Origin: an uncultured virus (IMG/VR IMGVR_UViG_3300050343_000142)
Lineage: Duplodnaviria; Heunggongvirae; Uroviricota; Caudoviricetes
Length of the DNA stretch: 64,000 bases
Strand: one strand, 5' to 3'
Virus record (IMG/VR): IMGVR_UViG_3300050343_000142
In this document: one piece after another, positions 49,457-59,665 of the stretch
Position numbering within the stretch: the first letter of the stretch is position 1
How the letters are laid out: each line of letters begins with the position of its first letter
Translations under genes and position numbers: made by a program
Notes under the pieces: model-generated
Seen by the model: only the letters and a program-made list of their open reading frames with translations
Told to the model about the DNA's origin: nothing
The model's database searches: none

Positions 49457-50086
49457 TTAGGAAGTTAAGTTATTTAGTCTTCTCTTAGACCTACGTTCTT
49501 TTCTTTGACAATTCTTACAAAATAAAGAATATCCGTCTTTCATAGTTCTATTTTTGTTAAAAGATTTTACTGATAGAGATTGCTTGCACATAAAACAAGT
49601 CTTTCTTTTAACATCATCTTTTTCTTCTATAATCTGTTCCTGACAAATCATACAATATCTATTGAATCCATCTTGATACTTTTGACTTCTATTAAATGTA
49701 TCTATGGGTTTTATAATCTCACATTTGTAGCATTTCTTTTCTACTTTATCAGTAGATAAGTATTCCTCTCTAGCTAAATCACATTGTTCTTTAATACTAG
49801 AATCTTTCATCATCCATGTTCTAAATCTGTCGTAACCTACTGGTAATCCTTTATATAGCTCACGATTAGTCAAAGTTGCTTCACCGTTTCTTATTCTCTC
49901 TAAAATTATTTCGACAATACTTAAATCTATTTCTGACATTGGAACTATACCTGCTTCTTTTTTAATTTGCCTTACACGTTCTATAGAGACACCCCAATCA
50001 TTAGCAAAGTCTTTTAACTTGTAATGAGGGTTAGCTTTAAATAATTCTTTTGCCTCTTCTATTGATGGGGTCTGCTTATTAGGCAT
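49457..50086 (-). CDS. HTH plus tandem Cys4 zinc-finger DNA-binding protein
   Basis: WGVSIERVRQI helix; two CxxC..K....F....DG....CxxC repeats. Confidence 0.75.
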   Translation of the reverse strand: MPNKQTPSIEEAKELFKANPHYKLKDFANDWGVSIERVRQIKKEAGIVPMSEIDLSIVEIILERIRNGEATLTNRELYKGLPVGYDRFRTWMMKDSSIKEQCDLAREEYLSTDKVEKKCYKCEIIKPIDTFNRSQKYQDGFNRYCMICQEQIIEEKDDVKRKTCFMCKQSLSVKSFNKNRTMKDGYSLFCKNCQRKERRSKRRLNNLTS

Positions 50087-50742
50087 TACACAAAGTAGGA
50101 CTTTCTATAGGGTGACAATAGATTCATATCTGATTGAGTTAATGGTGCTGTCGATAGTGCATCAACACCTACTCCGTAATCAGCTGAATAATCACCTATT
50201 CTTTCTGACATTGCTAAATTAAAGTTACCAGCAGTCGAAGAACCTTGTGCGGATATTTCTCCAGGTTCTTGTTGTGATGATACTGATAAAGTGTTTTCTA
50301 GTATTCTTGCAGCAGCTCTTGCAGAAACCATTTTTATTTGTATTGGTAAATCAGTTGATACTCCACCATTAAATGCTGTGTACCCAGATACATAAGTTAC
50401 TACAATGTTCTGTTCTTTAGCATAAGACCATCTTTTACCTAATCTTCTTAACCTACCACTATCATAAAAAACAAAATCAGAAGAATTACCTTCTGTTAAT
50501 GTTGTATCATCTTCCACTACAGATGTAATAGAATGTATAGGTAGATGTCTTAAAAATATTTCGTGTGTTTGGTCGCCAGTAAATGTCTCAGTCTTAGTAC
50601 CGTATGAAAGGTTATAACCGACATATTGATTTATAGCGGCATCTACGAAAGGTATAAGATTGTTAGTTAAATGAGTCTCTATGCTTGAGTCAAAGTCTAT
50701 TTGGGTATAAGACTCTACGTCAGCTGCCGTTGAGAAAGCCAT
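50086..50742 (-). CDS. head-tail connector (gp15/gp6-like)
   Basis: A.INQY.G, L..LPI.SI.SV, SERIGDYS.DY, LLSPYR. Confidence 0.85.
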   Translation of the reverse strand: MAFSTAADVESYTQIDFDSSIETHLTNNLIPFVDAAINQYVGYNLSYGTKTETFTGDQTHEIFLRHLPIHSITSVVEDDTTLTEGNSSDFVFYDSGRLRRLGKRWSYAKEQNIVVTYVSGYTAFNGGVSTDLPIQIKMVSARAAARILENTLSVSSQQEPGEISAQGSSTAGNFNLAMSERIGDYSADYGVGVDALSTAPLTQSDMNLLSPYRKSYFV

Positions 50743-50751
50743 TTAGACCTC

Positions 50752-51045
50752 CTACTTGTCTTCGACGTCTTTTTTAACTGCTTTATCTTCTACGTCTGAT
50801 TTTTTAACTGCTTTTTCGGCTGGAGCCTTTTTAGCTGGAGCTTTTTTCTCAGCTTTTTTAGCTGGAGCTTTCTTCTCAGCTTTAGCTTTTTTACCCCAAC
50901 CTTGCTCTTTGAGCCAATCAGTAGGGTATTCTTTACCAGCTTTAGCAATTAGGTCTGCTTGAGAATATGGCACATCAACTGCGTCACCTTCCCATAACTT
51001 TCCATCAGGTAGCTTATAAATGTTCTTTTCTGGAATTGTATACAT
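50752..51045 (-). CDS. small protein with Lys/Ala/Pro-rich basic tail
   Basis: AEKKAPAKK repeats; follows the capsid gene. Confidence 0.75.
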   Translation of the reverse strand: MYTIPEKNIYKLPDGKLWEGDAVDVPYSQADLIAKAGKEYPTDWLKEQGWGKKAKAEKKAPAKKAEKKAPAKKAPAEKAVKKSDVEDKAVKKDVEDK

Positions 51046-51088
51046 AATGATTAATCCTAACTTATAAAATAAAAATTGTTGGTATTAG

Positions 51089-51112
51089 AAAAGGGCTTCC
51101 GAAGAAGCCCTT
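51089..51112 (-). terminator. rho-independent terminator after the major capsid gene
   Basis: Minus strand AAGGGCTTC-TTCG-GAAGCCCTT then TT (cUUCGg loop). Confidence 0.8.
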
Positions 51113-51139
51113 ATCATTAAACTATCGTCTAAATCAAAC

Positions 51140-52387
51140 TTAGAAGTTTGTTATAGAACAGAAAGCTGTTGGTTTATAGACCACAAAGCCCATTCTCATG
51201 GTTAATCTGATAGCTAGTTGATTCTTCGCAAAGAAGTCACTATGGCTGTCAGATACAGCTAGGTCTACACCTTGCTTCATGACAATTTGAGCAGCATCGC
51301 CACCACCGAATTTACCGACTAATGCGGTACCTTCTGCGATTGCTGTGCTTGGAACTACTTTAAGACCCCAGAGTCTTGCAGCAACGTCTCCACCAAAGCC
51401 ACCAGCGGCGACTATTAATGGGTTTTTGCTTGCATAACCTGCTGAGGAGGTTCCTGCTTGGTCTGTTACTGCTGTAACGATTTGATACCAGTCACTTGGG
51501 TGCATAACAACTGCATCAGGCTCTACGAAAGAGTCTTTTCTGATTTCAGTAATTGCTTGATACACTTGTCCAAGTCTGTTCAATTCTCCACTGAATGAAG
51601 AATAGTCAAATGTGTTAATACCAGATTTTGATAATACACCAGTCAAGTTTGGAGCTGAACCATTACCGTTTAGTAATTGGTTGTCCATTCTTAATCTCAT
51701 CATTGTGGTGAGACGTGAATTAACATATCCTTGGATACCAGAAACGTCAGCCAACAATTCATCAGTTACAGGCAAGAAAGTAGCAATCTTACGAATGCTT
51801 TCTGTTCTTTCTGTAAATGCCAATGCACCTTCGCCTGCAGAGGAGATGTCTCCTGCTTCTGCAATTTCAGCTGCATTGTTTGTGAATGTTGTCTCTTCAA
51901 GATATACATATGCATTTTGGTCTGTATTGATTTGGTCAAACAATCCAATTATTGCATTTGGGTCTCTTAAAGCGGTCTCTAATATTCCAGGTGCTCTTAA
52001 TGACTCTGGTGGATAACCTGTGGTATTTAATGTTGTTTTAAATTCTGCTTGAGAATCTACGCCTTTAACACCATTGCTCATATATTTATTATAAGCGTCA
52101 GTGTTTGTGAATTGCTCACCTATTGACTTGATACCAGCTGGAGCTTCTTCGGCTACAGGAAGTTCATTAACAACTTCGTTGCTAACTTCCATAGCTTTTT
52201 CATTAGCAGCTTTAGATTCTTCAATCTTTAGCTCGTCTAATGAACCAGCAAGCTCATCATTTAGACCTTTAATTTTCTCTTTTTGGTCATGAGAGTACTT
52301 GCCTTCTTCAGCTGGAGCATCAAATACAGATTTAAGTTCTTCACGTGACTTAGCGATATTTCCTCTAAGCTCTTCTACTTTACTCAC
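51140..52387 (-). CDS. major capsid protein (HK97 fold)
   Basis: N-terminal delta-like coiled coil, RKIA....TDELL.D, VMHP.DW, F.KN..AIR. Confidence 0.95.
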   Translation of the reverse strand: MSKVEELRGNIAKSREELKSVFDAPAEEGKYSHDQKEKIKGLNDELAGSLDELKIEESKAANEKAMEVSNEVVNELPVAEEAPAGIKSIGEQFTNTDAYNKYMSNGVKGVDSQAEFKTTLNTTGYPPESLRAPGILETALRDPNAIIGLFDQINTDQNAYVYLEETTFTNNAAEIAEAGDISSAGEGALAFTERTESIRKIATFLPVTDELLADVSGIQGYVNSRLTTMMRLRMDNQLLNGNGSAPNLTGVLSKSGINTFDYSSFSGELNRLGQVYQAITEIRKDSFVEPDAVVMHPSDWYQIVTAVTDQAGTSSAGYASKNPLIVAAGGFGGDVAARLWGLKVVPSTAIAEGTALVGKFGGGDAAQIVMKQGVDLAVSDSHSDFFAKNQLAIRLTMRMGFVVYKPTAFCSITNF

Positions 52388-52412
52388 TGTAATTATCTCC
52401 TATTAGATATAC

Positions 52413-53621
52413 TTATACTTCGTCGTTTTGAGCTTCTACATCAATAGCGTCTGCTATTAATCTTTGGCTCTCTATCCACACTTCGTCGTCAAGCTCATCA
52501 TTTTCGACTGATTCTGTGTTATCTACTGGAACTTCTTCAGTAACTTCAGCTTCATCAGATTCTTCAGCAGGTTTCTCTACCTCATCTTCTGGTTCAGCTT
52601 CAACAGCTACTTCTTCAGTGTCTACTAAATCTGTTGGTTCTTCTACAACATCTTCAATATCTTCAGCTTGTTCGTCCTCTAAGTCTTGTTCTAAAGCACC
52701 TTCGGTTCCAACTTGTTCGATGAATTGGTCAATTTCTGTCCATGCATCTGACAAGTCTTCTTGAACAGCCCTTAATGCTTCAGTGGCTTTGACTCCTAAT
52801 TTCCTTCCGTCTTTGGCACGTAACATCGCAATGGCGTTAGTTCGTGTCATCAAGTCATGTAACGCAGCAAGCACGTCTTTGACCTCATCTGAGAAAGTTT
52901 TAGAAACTTCCTCTGAATTCTCTATATCATCAGACTTTTTCATATCTTTGGCACATTTGCCTGTTTTGTCATAGTCACAATTACCATAACTTTTTTCGTC
53001 TGATGATTCTGCTACTGCTGGGGCACAGTTATCTCCACCACAGCAAGTTGATTTTTCTTCTTCGGTTTGCTCTTCTTCAGGCTCTTCATTTTCTAAAAAT
53101 GTAGAATTACCAAGAACACCCTTTTCAGAAGCCATTTCCTCTAATAGTTCTTTATTAGATTTAATAGCCATTGTGTATGTGTCTTGATTAGCACCTACTA
53201 GAACAGGAGATACTTCGTAGACTGATAGGTCTTTTAAGTATCTTGCGTCAACATCCTTATCACCGCTCTTGAATTTACCTCTTTCTGAATCGTTAACTCT
53301 ATAACCAAAAGACCATTGTTGCAGGTCTCCCATAGCTTTAACTAAATTGTATGCTTCTTTACCAGATTCTGTGTCCATGAAAAATTCACCTTCAAAAGTA
53401 GCTTTATCGCCATCTTGTTTGATTGCACCTTTTCCGATTGGCATATCCCATTTATGAGCCCATACCATTGGCACTGAACCTGATTTAAATCCTGATTTGA
53501 TAGCTTCTGGGATTACTACATCTCCATCACTATCTAATGTATTGAAAACTGAGAATACAGCAGAAACTTTACCTTCACCGTCCGCTTTAAATTCTAAGTC
53601 GATATTCTTAATTTCACTCAC
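52413..53621 (-). CDS. HK97-type prohead protease with acidic C-terminal extension
   Basis: DSDGDV, W.H....PIG, WSFGY, EVSPVLVGAN. Confidence 0.92.
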   Translation of the reverse strand: MSEIKNIDLEFKADGEGKVSAVFSVFNTLDSDGDVVIPEAIKSGFKSGSVPMVWAHKWDMPIGKGAIKQDGDKATFEGEFFMDTESGKEAYNLVKAMGDLQQWSFGYRVNDSERGKFKSGDKDVDARYLKDLSVYEVSPVLVGANQDTYTMAIKSNKELLEEMASEKGVLGNSTFLENEEPEEEQTEEEKSTCCGGDNCAPAVAESSDEKSYGNCDYDKTGKCAKDMKKSDDIENSEEVSKTFSDEVKDVLAALHDLMTRTNAIAMLRAKDGRKLGVKATEALRAVQEDLSDAWTEIDQFIEQVGTEGALEQDLEDEQAEDIEDVVEEPTDLVDTEEVAVEAEPEDEVEKPAEESDEAEVTEEVPVDNTESVENDELDDEVWIESQRLIADAIDVEAQNDEV

Positions 53622-53707
53622 GAGTGTATCTCCTATATAAACTGTTAACAGATTTATTTAGGTGCATATATAGAAATAATAACAAATGGTTATAAAGTGT
53701 GTGGTAT

Positions 53708-56434
53708 TTACTTAGTGATATCTTTAATAACAGTCAACTTAGAGATAGGCATAGTAACTTTTCTATCAGTCTTTTTATGACTACCATCTTCGTTAATAGC
53801 CCAAACTAACATAGTGGCTTCTTTGTCTTTTCCATTTACACTTGTTACAACACCATGTACTGTTGAAGGTGGGTCGGGGTCCTTATTGATTGACCAGCTT
53901 ACAGATTGACCTATACGAACAAAACTTGCTTTCATTTCATCATTACCCTTTTTAGATGAGAGTGGGTGTGATGAAGGAAGTAAATCTTGGTCATAAGGCT
54001 TTCTCTTAAATCTTCCTGTTCTCAATGCATGAAGGAACCCGTTAACTCTGGCTACAGCCCACTGGTCAGGTCCTGAAACATTTCCACGAACTGAACCAGG
54101 GTTTGTACGATAAGCACCTACACCTCTGTTAAACACAGCAATCAACATTCTTAGTGTTGCTCTATGCTTAGGTTTTTTTGAGTTGTGTTCTTCAACTTTA
54201 TTTGTTAAAGTTTTTCTTATTCTACTAGATACTGCTTTAGCAGCATTTTCGTCAGCCATTTTACTAGCAAGCTCAAGAGCTTCTTTTCTTCTAGCTCTTA
54301 CGACTTTAACTTGGTCAGCGATAACTTTCTTCATAGCAGGAACACCCATGTTTAAAACACCACCCCACTTAATAGCAGCAACAACACCAGCTAATCTGTT
54401 ATTGTTTTGATGTCTTCCCATAAATCGTTCTCTTCTACGAACCCAGTTAAGTACTGATTCACTTCTATCTCCAGATTGATATTTACTCCATCTGTTGAAA
54501 GCGTCATTACCTGTAAATGAGGTAGGAGGGTTTCCACCATTTCCACCTCGTCTCCATATTTCTGGATAATTCTCTTTTAGGTTTTTTGCATAACCATGAG
54601 GAAACATTTTATATTTAGAATTTGATATTCTTACAGCCATGTCATCCCCAGGACTTGGAAAATTTGTTCTATCTTTTTTAGGTTTTTCTTTTATATTCTC
54701 AGGTTCCATTTCAAAAACTTGCTCCATAACTACTTCAGCTTCTTCTGTAGAAACTTTCAACTCTTCAACAATACCAGCGATAAAAGATTTTTTAGTTCTT
54801 TCAAATGATTCATGAGAGCTGCAAGGCATGTAATAAGTCATCTCTTCAATCTTATGAGTATGAGAACCTTCACAACCTAATTGTTCTGCTCTTTCTTCAG
54901 CAGCTTCTCTAGTTGTAAACATAAACATATTCCTAGAAGGCTTTGGTGCTACTGCTTGTCTTGTTGTCTCTGGTGCGGCATCTACACTATCCATCTTTGA
55001 ATCGTATAATTTTCTTAAAAGTTTAGCTTCATAACTAGCTTCATTGTCGCTAGCAGCTTGAAGTTGTCCAGCTTGTGGATTATTATCTGAACCTTCGTCT
55101 TGTTCTTCTGTCATTGGAGCTGGTTCACTACCATCAGCAGGAACTTGTAACATGTTGAGTGGTCTTAAATAAACATTATGTTTTTCATCTACTTCAAGAC
55201 CTACTACTTTTCTAGCTTCACCAATAGTAATCCAACCACCACTAACGCCTTTGTTAACTCTGTTGTATAAATTGTCCATATCTGTTTGTAGTGCTCTAAC
55301 ATTATTTACATCGTATTCACACATGACATCATCACCACCAAAATCTGGTAGTAACAACTGATGTGTTAATTCGTTAGCAACAGTCTTCCATAGTGGTACA
55401 AGTTTTTGTTCTGTAAAGAATTCTCTAAGTTCGGCAGTATTGTTATATGTCGCTGAATCTAGTCCAGCTCCGAGTCCAGCGAGGATTGCTGGGACACCTA
55501 AAACAGCAGAAACTCTTTCTTCTGGAAGTCTTCTTAATTCTTGTAATTTCATTTGGTCTGGTGAGAAAGAAACAACTTCAACTGACATTGCACCAGATAG
55601 AACCATTGGTTGTCCTCTGTTAGCTCCACCAAACTTTTGTTTATATGAAGAAGCTATAGCTTCAGCTTCTTCTCTAGTAGGACCACCCATTGCATCATTT
55701 CTTGGAGAGAGAACTACTCCTGGAACTGCTAAGTTTGTTAATAGAGCAGATGAATATTGTCCTGCTGCTTCATCACCAATTAATTCTCTTAATATAGATT
55801 TAAGTGGTGCATGACCTCGTCTATGGTCATTTGAGTCAATACCTTGTCTTATATGAATAACATCTTTAGGGTCTATTTTTACTGGTTCTCCAGCTAATTC
55901 ATTTTTTGAGTGTGCGTAGTATTCGTAATGTGTAATTAGCTTTTCAGTATTACCTCTAACTTCTACTAAGTTAGGCATCAAAGGTACAAGTTGTACTACT
56001 TTACCATTTTGATTTCTATTTTTAAATATAAAAGCGTCTCCATGAGCATTTAGAGAAACAACAATGTAATGAGATAAAAGACTTGATGACATAAACTCAT
56101 TTGGTCTTCTATATAGTTCAGCTACAGGATGTTTGTAATCTACTTCTCTATCACCAAATATTTGGTCTCTTTTTACAACTTGTAATTGTGGTTCTGAAAA
56201 AGATGTAGATAGAACATTTAAACAAGCGACGACTGCGGAGTTAGAAGTTCCGTCACCTATTTCTTTTAAAGAGCTAGTTTCCCAAAAACCTGCACCTGTG
56301 TTGTAACCATAAACTGATGAGTCACGACTAGATGATAGGCTTTGATTAAAATTAGCCATTTTCCTAAGTGAAGCTTCACTAGGTTTATTTAAATATTCTG
56401 ATGCTCTTTGTAAAAAATTCTTATTTTCTGCCAT
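53708..56434 (-). CDS. portal protein (HK97 family) with ~470-aa C-terminal extension
   Basis: V.AC, L...PN, G.AF, DVIHIR, GVP..L, TIGEAR. Confidence 0.92.
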   Translation of the reverse strand: MAENKNFLQRASEYLNKPSEASLRKMANFNQSLSSSRDSSVYGYNTGAGFWETSSLKEIGDGTSNSAVVACLNVLSTSFSEPQLQVVKRDQIFGDREVDYKHPVAELYRRPNEFMSSSLLSHYIVVSLNAHGDAFIFKNRNQNGKVVQLVPLMPNLVEVRGNTEKLITHYEYYAHSKNELAGEPVKIDPKDVIHIRQGIDSNDHRRGHAPLKSILRELIGDEAAGQYSSALLTNLAVPGVVLSPRNDAMGGPTREEAEAIASSYKQKFGGANRGQPMVLSGAMSVEVVSFSPDQMKLQELRRLPEERVSAVLGVPAILAGLGAGLDSATYNNTAELREFFTEQKLVPLWKTVANELTHQLLLPDFGGDDVMCEYDVNNVRALQTDMDNLYNRVNKGVSGGWITIGEARKVVGLEVDEKHNVYLRPLNMLQVPADGSEPAPMTEEQDEGSDNNPQAGQLQAASDNEASYEAKLLRKLYDSKMDSVDAAPETTRQAVAPKPSRNMFMFTTREAAEERAEQLGCEGSHTHKIEEMTYYMPCSSHESFERTKKSFIAGIVEELKVSTEEAEVVMEQVFEMEPENIKEKPKKDRTNFPSPGDDMAVRISNSKYKMFPHGYAKNLKENYPEIWRRGGNGGNPPTSFTGNDAFNRWSKYQSGDRSESVLNWVRRRERFMGRHQNNNRLAGVVAAIKWGGVLNMGVPAMKKVIADQVKVVRARRKEALELASKMADENAAKAVSSRIRKTLTNKVEEHNSKKPKHRATLRMLIAVFNRGVGAYRTNPGSVRGNVSGPDQWAVARVNGFLHALRTGRFKRKPYDQDLLPSSHPLSSKKGNDEMKASFVRIGQSVSWSINKDPDPPSTVHGVVTSVNGKDKEATMLVWAINEDGSHKKTDRKVTMPISKLTVIKDITK

Positions 56435-57649
56435 TTAATATGCTGTCCAACTTCTCCTCTGAACTAAACTTTGTGCTCCTAGCACTAAAGCGTCAACTAT
56501 ATCGTCATGTCTACCTACTGGAAAGGTCATTAATTCTCTCTCTAGCTCTTCTAACCACGATGCATTACGACGAAATAGCACATCGCCTGACTCCATCCTA
56601 GCTGATAAAGGTAAAGCCTGTGTTATTTTATCTTTAGAAGTGTCCATTTCTCTAACTCTCATTCCTACTCTCTGTGCAAGCTGAGTAAAGTTTTTTGTAA
56701 AGTTTTGTTTTTCCATACAAACATAAGCCCATTTATATTTTTCATACATTCGTTTAATTGTTGGTACAATATCTGGACCTTCTATTTTTACTCTGACCAT
56801 ATCCTCAATATATATTTTCATATCAGGTGAAATAGCACAAGATAATATAACTGTATAATCTGATTCTGTTTTCGTAGTAACAGCAAGGTCTGCTGTTCCA
56901 AAGTGTAACATCTCAGCTGGATTCCATTGAGAGCCACCACCAATATATAATCTATCTTTTATGTCAAAGTATGTCATCCATTCTGGTTTTAACATTCCTT
57001 GACCAGCTTCAACAAACTCTGCTAAATACTCTTGAGCAAAAACAATAGAACCTACTTCATCTTTAGCTGAATCAATTTCGTCGTCATCTATCATTGGGTT
57101 GTCATAAGTAGAAAATCTAAATCTTTCCCAATTAGGTGCTTTCTCTGCAACTGACCATAAATCATAAAACCAATTGTCCATTCCCATAGGTGTACTAATA
57201 AATAAAGCAGAACCTTTTCTTTCAGTTAAAGTAGGACGTAATACTTCTTGCCAAACATCTGGTTTAATAAATGCCGCCTCATCCATTACTAAGAAATCCA
57301 AACCCTCACCACGTAGTCTTTGGGGATTATCAGCAGATTTACAAGATATAGAACCACCATTTGGAAATATAACTTCCATGTTAGCTAATGAAACTTTAGG
57401 TTGTATTTCTGGAGGAAAAGAATAAGCTGCGTTTTCTAGTGCTCTCCAACCAACTCTAGCTATTGCAAAAGTAGGTGCGACCCACCAAGCTCTACCACCA
57501 TTAAGAGCAACTTCCATACACATGTGTATACCAAGACGAGTTTTACCAAACCTTCGACCAGCACAAAGTATTTTCCACCTACTCTTAGAACGGGCAACTT
57601 CTTTTTGGTTTTCATGAAGTCCTGGAAGTTCTGGTACATATACTGGCAT
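56435..57649 (-). CDS. terL: terminase large subunit
   Basis: AGRRFGKT Walker A, LRGEGLDFLVMDEAA Walker B, ISTP, HDDIVDAL. Confidence 0.96.
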   Translation of the reverse strand: MPVYVPELPGLHENQKEVARSKSRWKILCAGRRFGKTRLGIHMCMEVALNGGRAWWVAPTFAIARVGWRALENAAYSFPPEIQPKVSLANMEVIFPNGGSISCKSADNPQRLRGEGLDFLVMDEAAFIKPDVWQEVLRPTLTERKGSALFISTPMGMDNWFYDLWSVAEKAPNWERFRFSTYDNPMIDDDEIDSAKDEVGSIVFAQEYLAEFVEAGQGMLKPEWMTYFDIKDRLYIGGGSQWNPAEMLHFGTADLAVTTKTESDYTVILSCAISPDMKIYIEDMVRVKIEGPDIVPTIKRMYEKYKWAYVCMEKQNFTKNFTQLAQRVGMRVREMDTSKDKITQALPLSARMESGDVLFRRNASWLEELERELMTFPVGRHDDIVDALVLGAQSLVQRRSWTAY

Positions 57650-57650
57650 T

Positions 57651-58052
57651 TTAGGGTTTAAATTTATATTTCATATCGAGGTATTCAGAAAGTAACTCTC
57701 TATAAGCTCTTTTACTTCCTTTAGTATTTCTACCATCATAAATATCGTGATGATACTTACACAAAATACATACGTTATCTAAATCATATTTCTTATCTGC
57801 ACTTCTACCACCCATACCTATGTCGAGTATATGAGCAAGCTCTAACCATCTAGTTTCATTACAGTCAGACCATTCACATTTAAATCTAGCTCTTTGCATA
57901 GCAGCACTTCTAATTTTAGTGAGACCACCTTCAGGTTTATCTGCATTTTTCTTTTTACCTACACCACCACGCATACCTTTACCTTTAGTACGCATTTTAA
58001 ATTCTTTGTGAGTTTCTTTCTCTGGGTCCCAAAATTCATAATTATCTACCAT
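57651..58052 (-). CDS. HNH endonuclease-like protein
   Basis: CEWSDC..LELAHI..NVCILCKYHH; next to the terminase. Confidence 0.8.
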   Translation of the reverse strand: MVDNYEFWDPEKETHKEFKMRTKGKGMRGGVGKKKNADKPEGGLTKIRSAAMQRARFKCEWSDCNETRWLELAHILDIGMGGRSADKKYDLDNVCILCKYHHDIYDGRNTKGSKRAYRELLSEYLDMKYKFKP

Positions 58053-58291
58053 CGGAATCTCCTTTTTCTAGCTGAGTTATATTGTCTGAAAGATTTCTCA
58101 GATAAATCTTTAGGGTCTTTTTCCCATTCTACATCAACTGGAGTTTCAAACATGACATTCCTAGAAATTTGTCTCTTAGTTGGACTCTGACATTTTGGAC
58201 ATTCTATACTTGGTTCTTCTTTAATTCCATAAGTAACTTCAAATAGAAGTTCGCATTTATCTTTTAAACATTTGTGTTCATATCTAGGCAT
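58046..58291 (-). CDS. FmdB-like zinc ribbon protein
   Basis: MPRYEHKC..C..FE..CPKC..R.IS. Confidence 0.85.
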   Translation of the reverse strand: MPRYEHKCLKDKCELLFEVTYGIKEEPSIECPKCQSPTKRQISRNVMFETPVDVEWEKDPKDLSEKSFRQYNSARKRRFRW

Positions 58292-58296
58292 AACAC

Positions 58297-58599
58297 TTAG
58301 GATAATTGAGTAGGGTCGTACATACTGTATTTAACAGTAATTTCTTCTCCATCTTTAATATCTGTTAAAAAATATAAATATCTAAATCTTTGAACTTCTA
58401 CAATCTTTGCATTAGGTTCTTCACTATGATTAATAAAACCACCTAAAGGCGTTCTGTATAATTTTGTAGTTATAGAGTCTTCTATATGAGTGATACCACC
58501 GTTTACACCTTTTTCTATATCACCTAATGCAAATAGTCCTAATCCATCAATGTTAGATTTATCTATTGTAAGAAATTCAGGTAAAGGTCTATATGTCAT
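58297..58599 (-). CDS. SET-domain protein
   Basis: GLGLFA, GFINHSEEPN, DI..GEEITVKY. Confidence 0.88.
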   Translation of the reverse strand: MTYRPLPEFLTIDKSNIDGLGLFALGDIEKGVNGGITHIEDSITTKLYRTPLGGFINHSEEPNAKIVEVQRFRYLYFLTDIKDGEEITVKYSMYDPTQLS

Positions 58600-59572
58600 T
58601 ATGAAACCAATCTAAAGGAACGTGATAGTTGTGTAAAGATTTTTCTTTAAAATCTACATTCATCCACTTCTCGTATCTTTTTATAGTTTCTTGTAACTTA
58701 GGGTCTTCGTAGTATCTGACAAAGTTTTGCATTTCTTTTTGCTCTAGCATATCTTTTTCTTCAGGACTAACAAAGTGATGCCAATAAGCCCTTCCTCCAC
58801 CTTCAGAGCTTATCTCTGTGTTGTACATGTGACCAACAATTGGTTGTGTATTTGGATAAACAAGTTCCCAACCATCATTAAGCAATTTAAATGTTTTACA
58901 CATATCTTCTTCCATCATCAGCATTTCTGGGTCTTCATCATAAAGAAAGTTTTGACCACTGAAAGAAAAGTTATAACTAAACTTACCAGTAGGAATTAAG
59001 TTTCTATCATCTTTTATAGTATCTTTAACCATCCAAGGTAAGCAATACTGCCATATTGGTTGTGAAAGGAAAGGATATAGTTCTAAGTCCCATTCTTCTT
59101 CCCATCCAATATATGGATATAAATTCTTGTTATCTATAAAAACTCTTTGTTCATCTTTGTAAGCATACTTAGAAGGGTATGCAGTAATGATTGATTTCTT
59201 ATTACCAGTCAACTTAGTAGCGTCTTCGTAAAGCCAAGCTAACTTTTCATCCCAACCCTCAGAAAACTTAGTATGGCTATCAATAGAAAGAACGAAGTCT
59301 TCTCCATCATATAATTCAGAGACACCCTTCCTAGCCTTACCAGTACCAATCTTATCTAATCTATTATCTTCGTTTATATAATCAAAGTATCCTTTAATGT
59401 TTCCACCAAAGGTAGAGATAAGAGTTGAAAGCTTTTTTTCTTCTTCTGGTGATGATGATAAAAATCTTATTCCAAAATGTATGTCGTGTGATTTTGCATT
59501 TTCAAATGCATCAAAGACTGTTGGTAGTAATTCCGTATCGTGCATTGTTGGCATTGCTATAAATATTGACAT
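58589..59572 (-). CDS. GT60/Gnt1-like glycosyltransferase (paralog of 8501-9355)
   Basis: SIFIAM...D.EL..TV, GTGKAR, FVLSIDSHTKF..WD, IITAYP, EE. Confidence 0.8.
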   Translation of the reverse strand: MSIFIAMPTMHDTELLPTVFDAFENAKSHDIHFGIRFLSSSPEEEKKLSTLISTFGGNIKGYFDYINEDNRLDKIGTGKARKGVSELYDGEDFVLSIDSHTKFSEGWDEKLAWLYEDATKLTGNKKSIITAYPSKYAYKDEQRVFIDNKNLYPYIGWEEEWDLELYPFLSQPIWQYCLPWMVKDTIKDDRNLIPTGKFSYNFSFSGQNFLYDEDPEMLMMEEDMCKTFKLLNDGWELVYPNTQPIVGHMYNTEISSEGGGRAYWHHFVSPEEKDMLEQKEMQNFVRYYEDPKLQETIKRYEKWMNVDFKEKSLHNYHVPLDWFHNDI

Positions 59573-59605
59573 AGAGTTATCCTAACAGATTGTTTGTTTT
59601 AGATA

Positions 59606-59656
59606 CAGCTCTCCTAAGAGAGCCGATGATGGGAGGAGGTCGGTGTGGATGCCGAC
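59606..59656 (-). ncRNA. candidate small RNA/cis element displaying CCUCCUCCC
   Basis: GC-rich island: CCGA-CCTCCTCCCATCA-TCGG followed by GCTCTC-TTAG-GAGAGC. Confidence 0.45.
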
Positions 59657-59665
59657 AATTTAACT

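Noticed and set aside
49457..50086. Homing endonuclease
   Set aside because: Zinc-finger repeats and an HTH are present, but no HNH, EndoVII or GIY-YIG catalytic motif.
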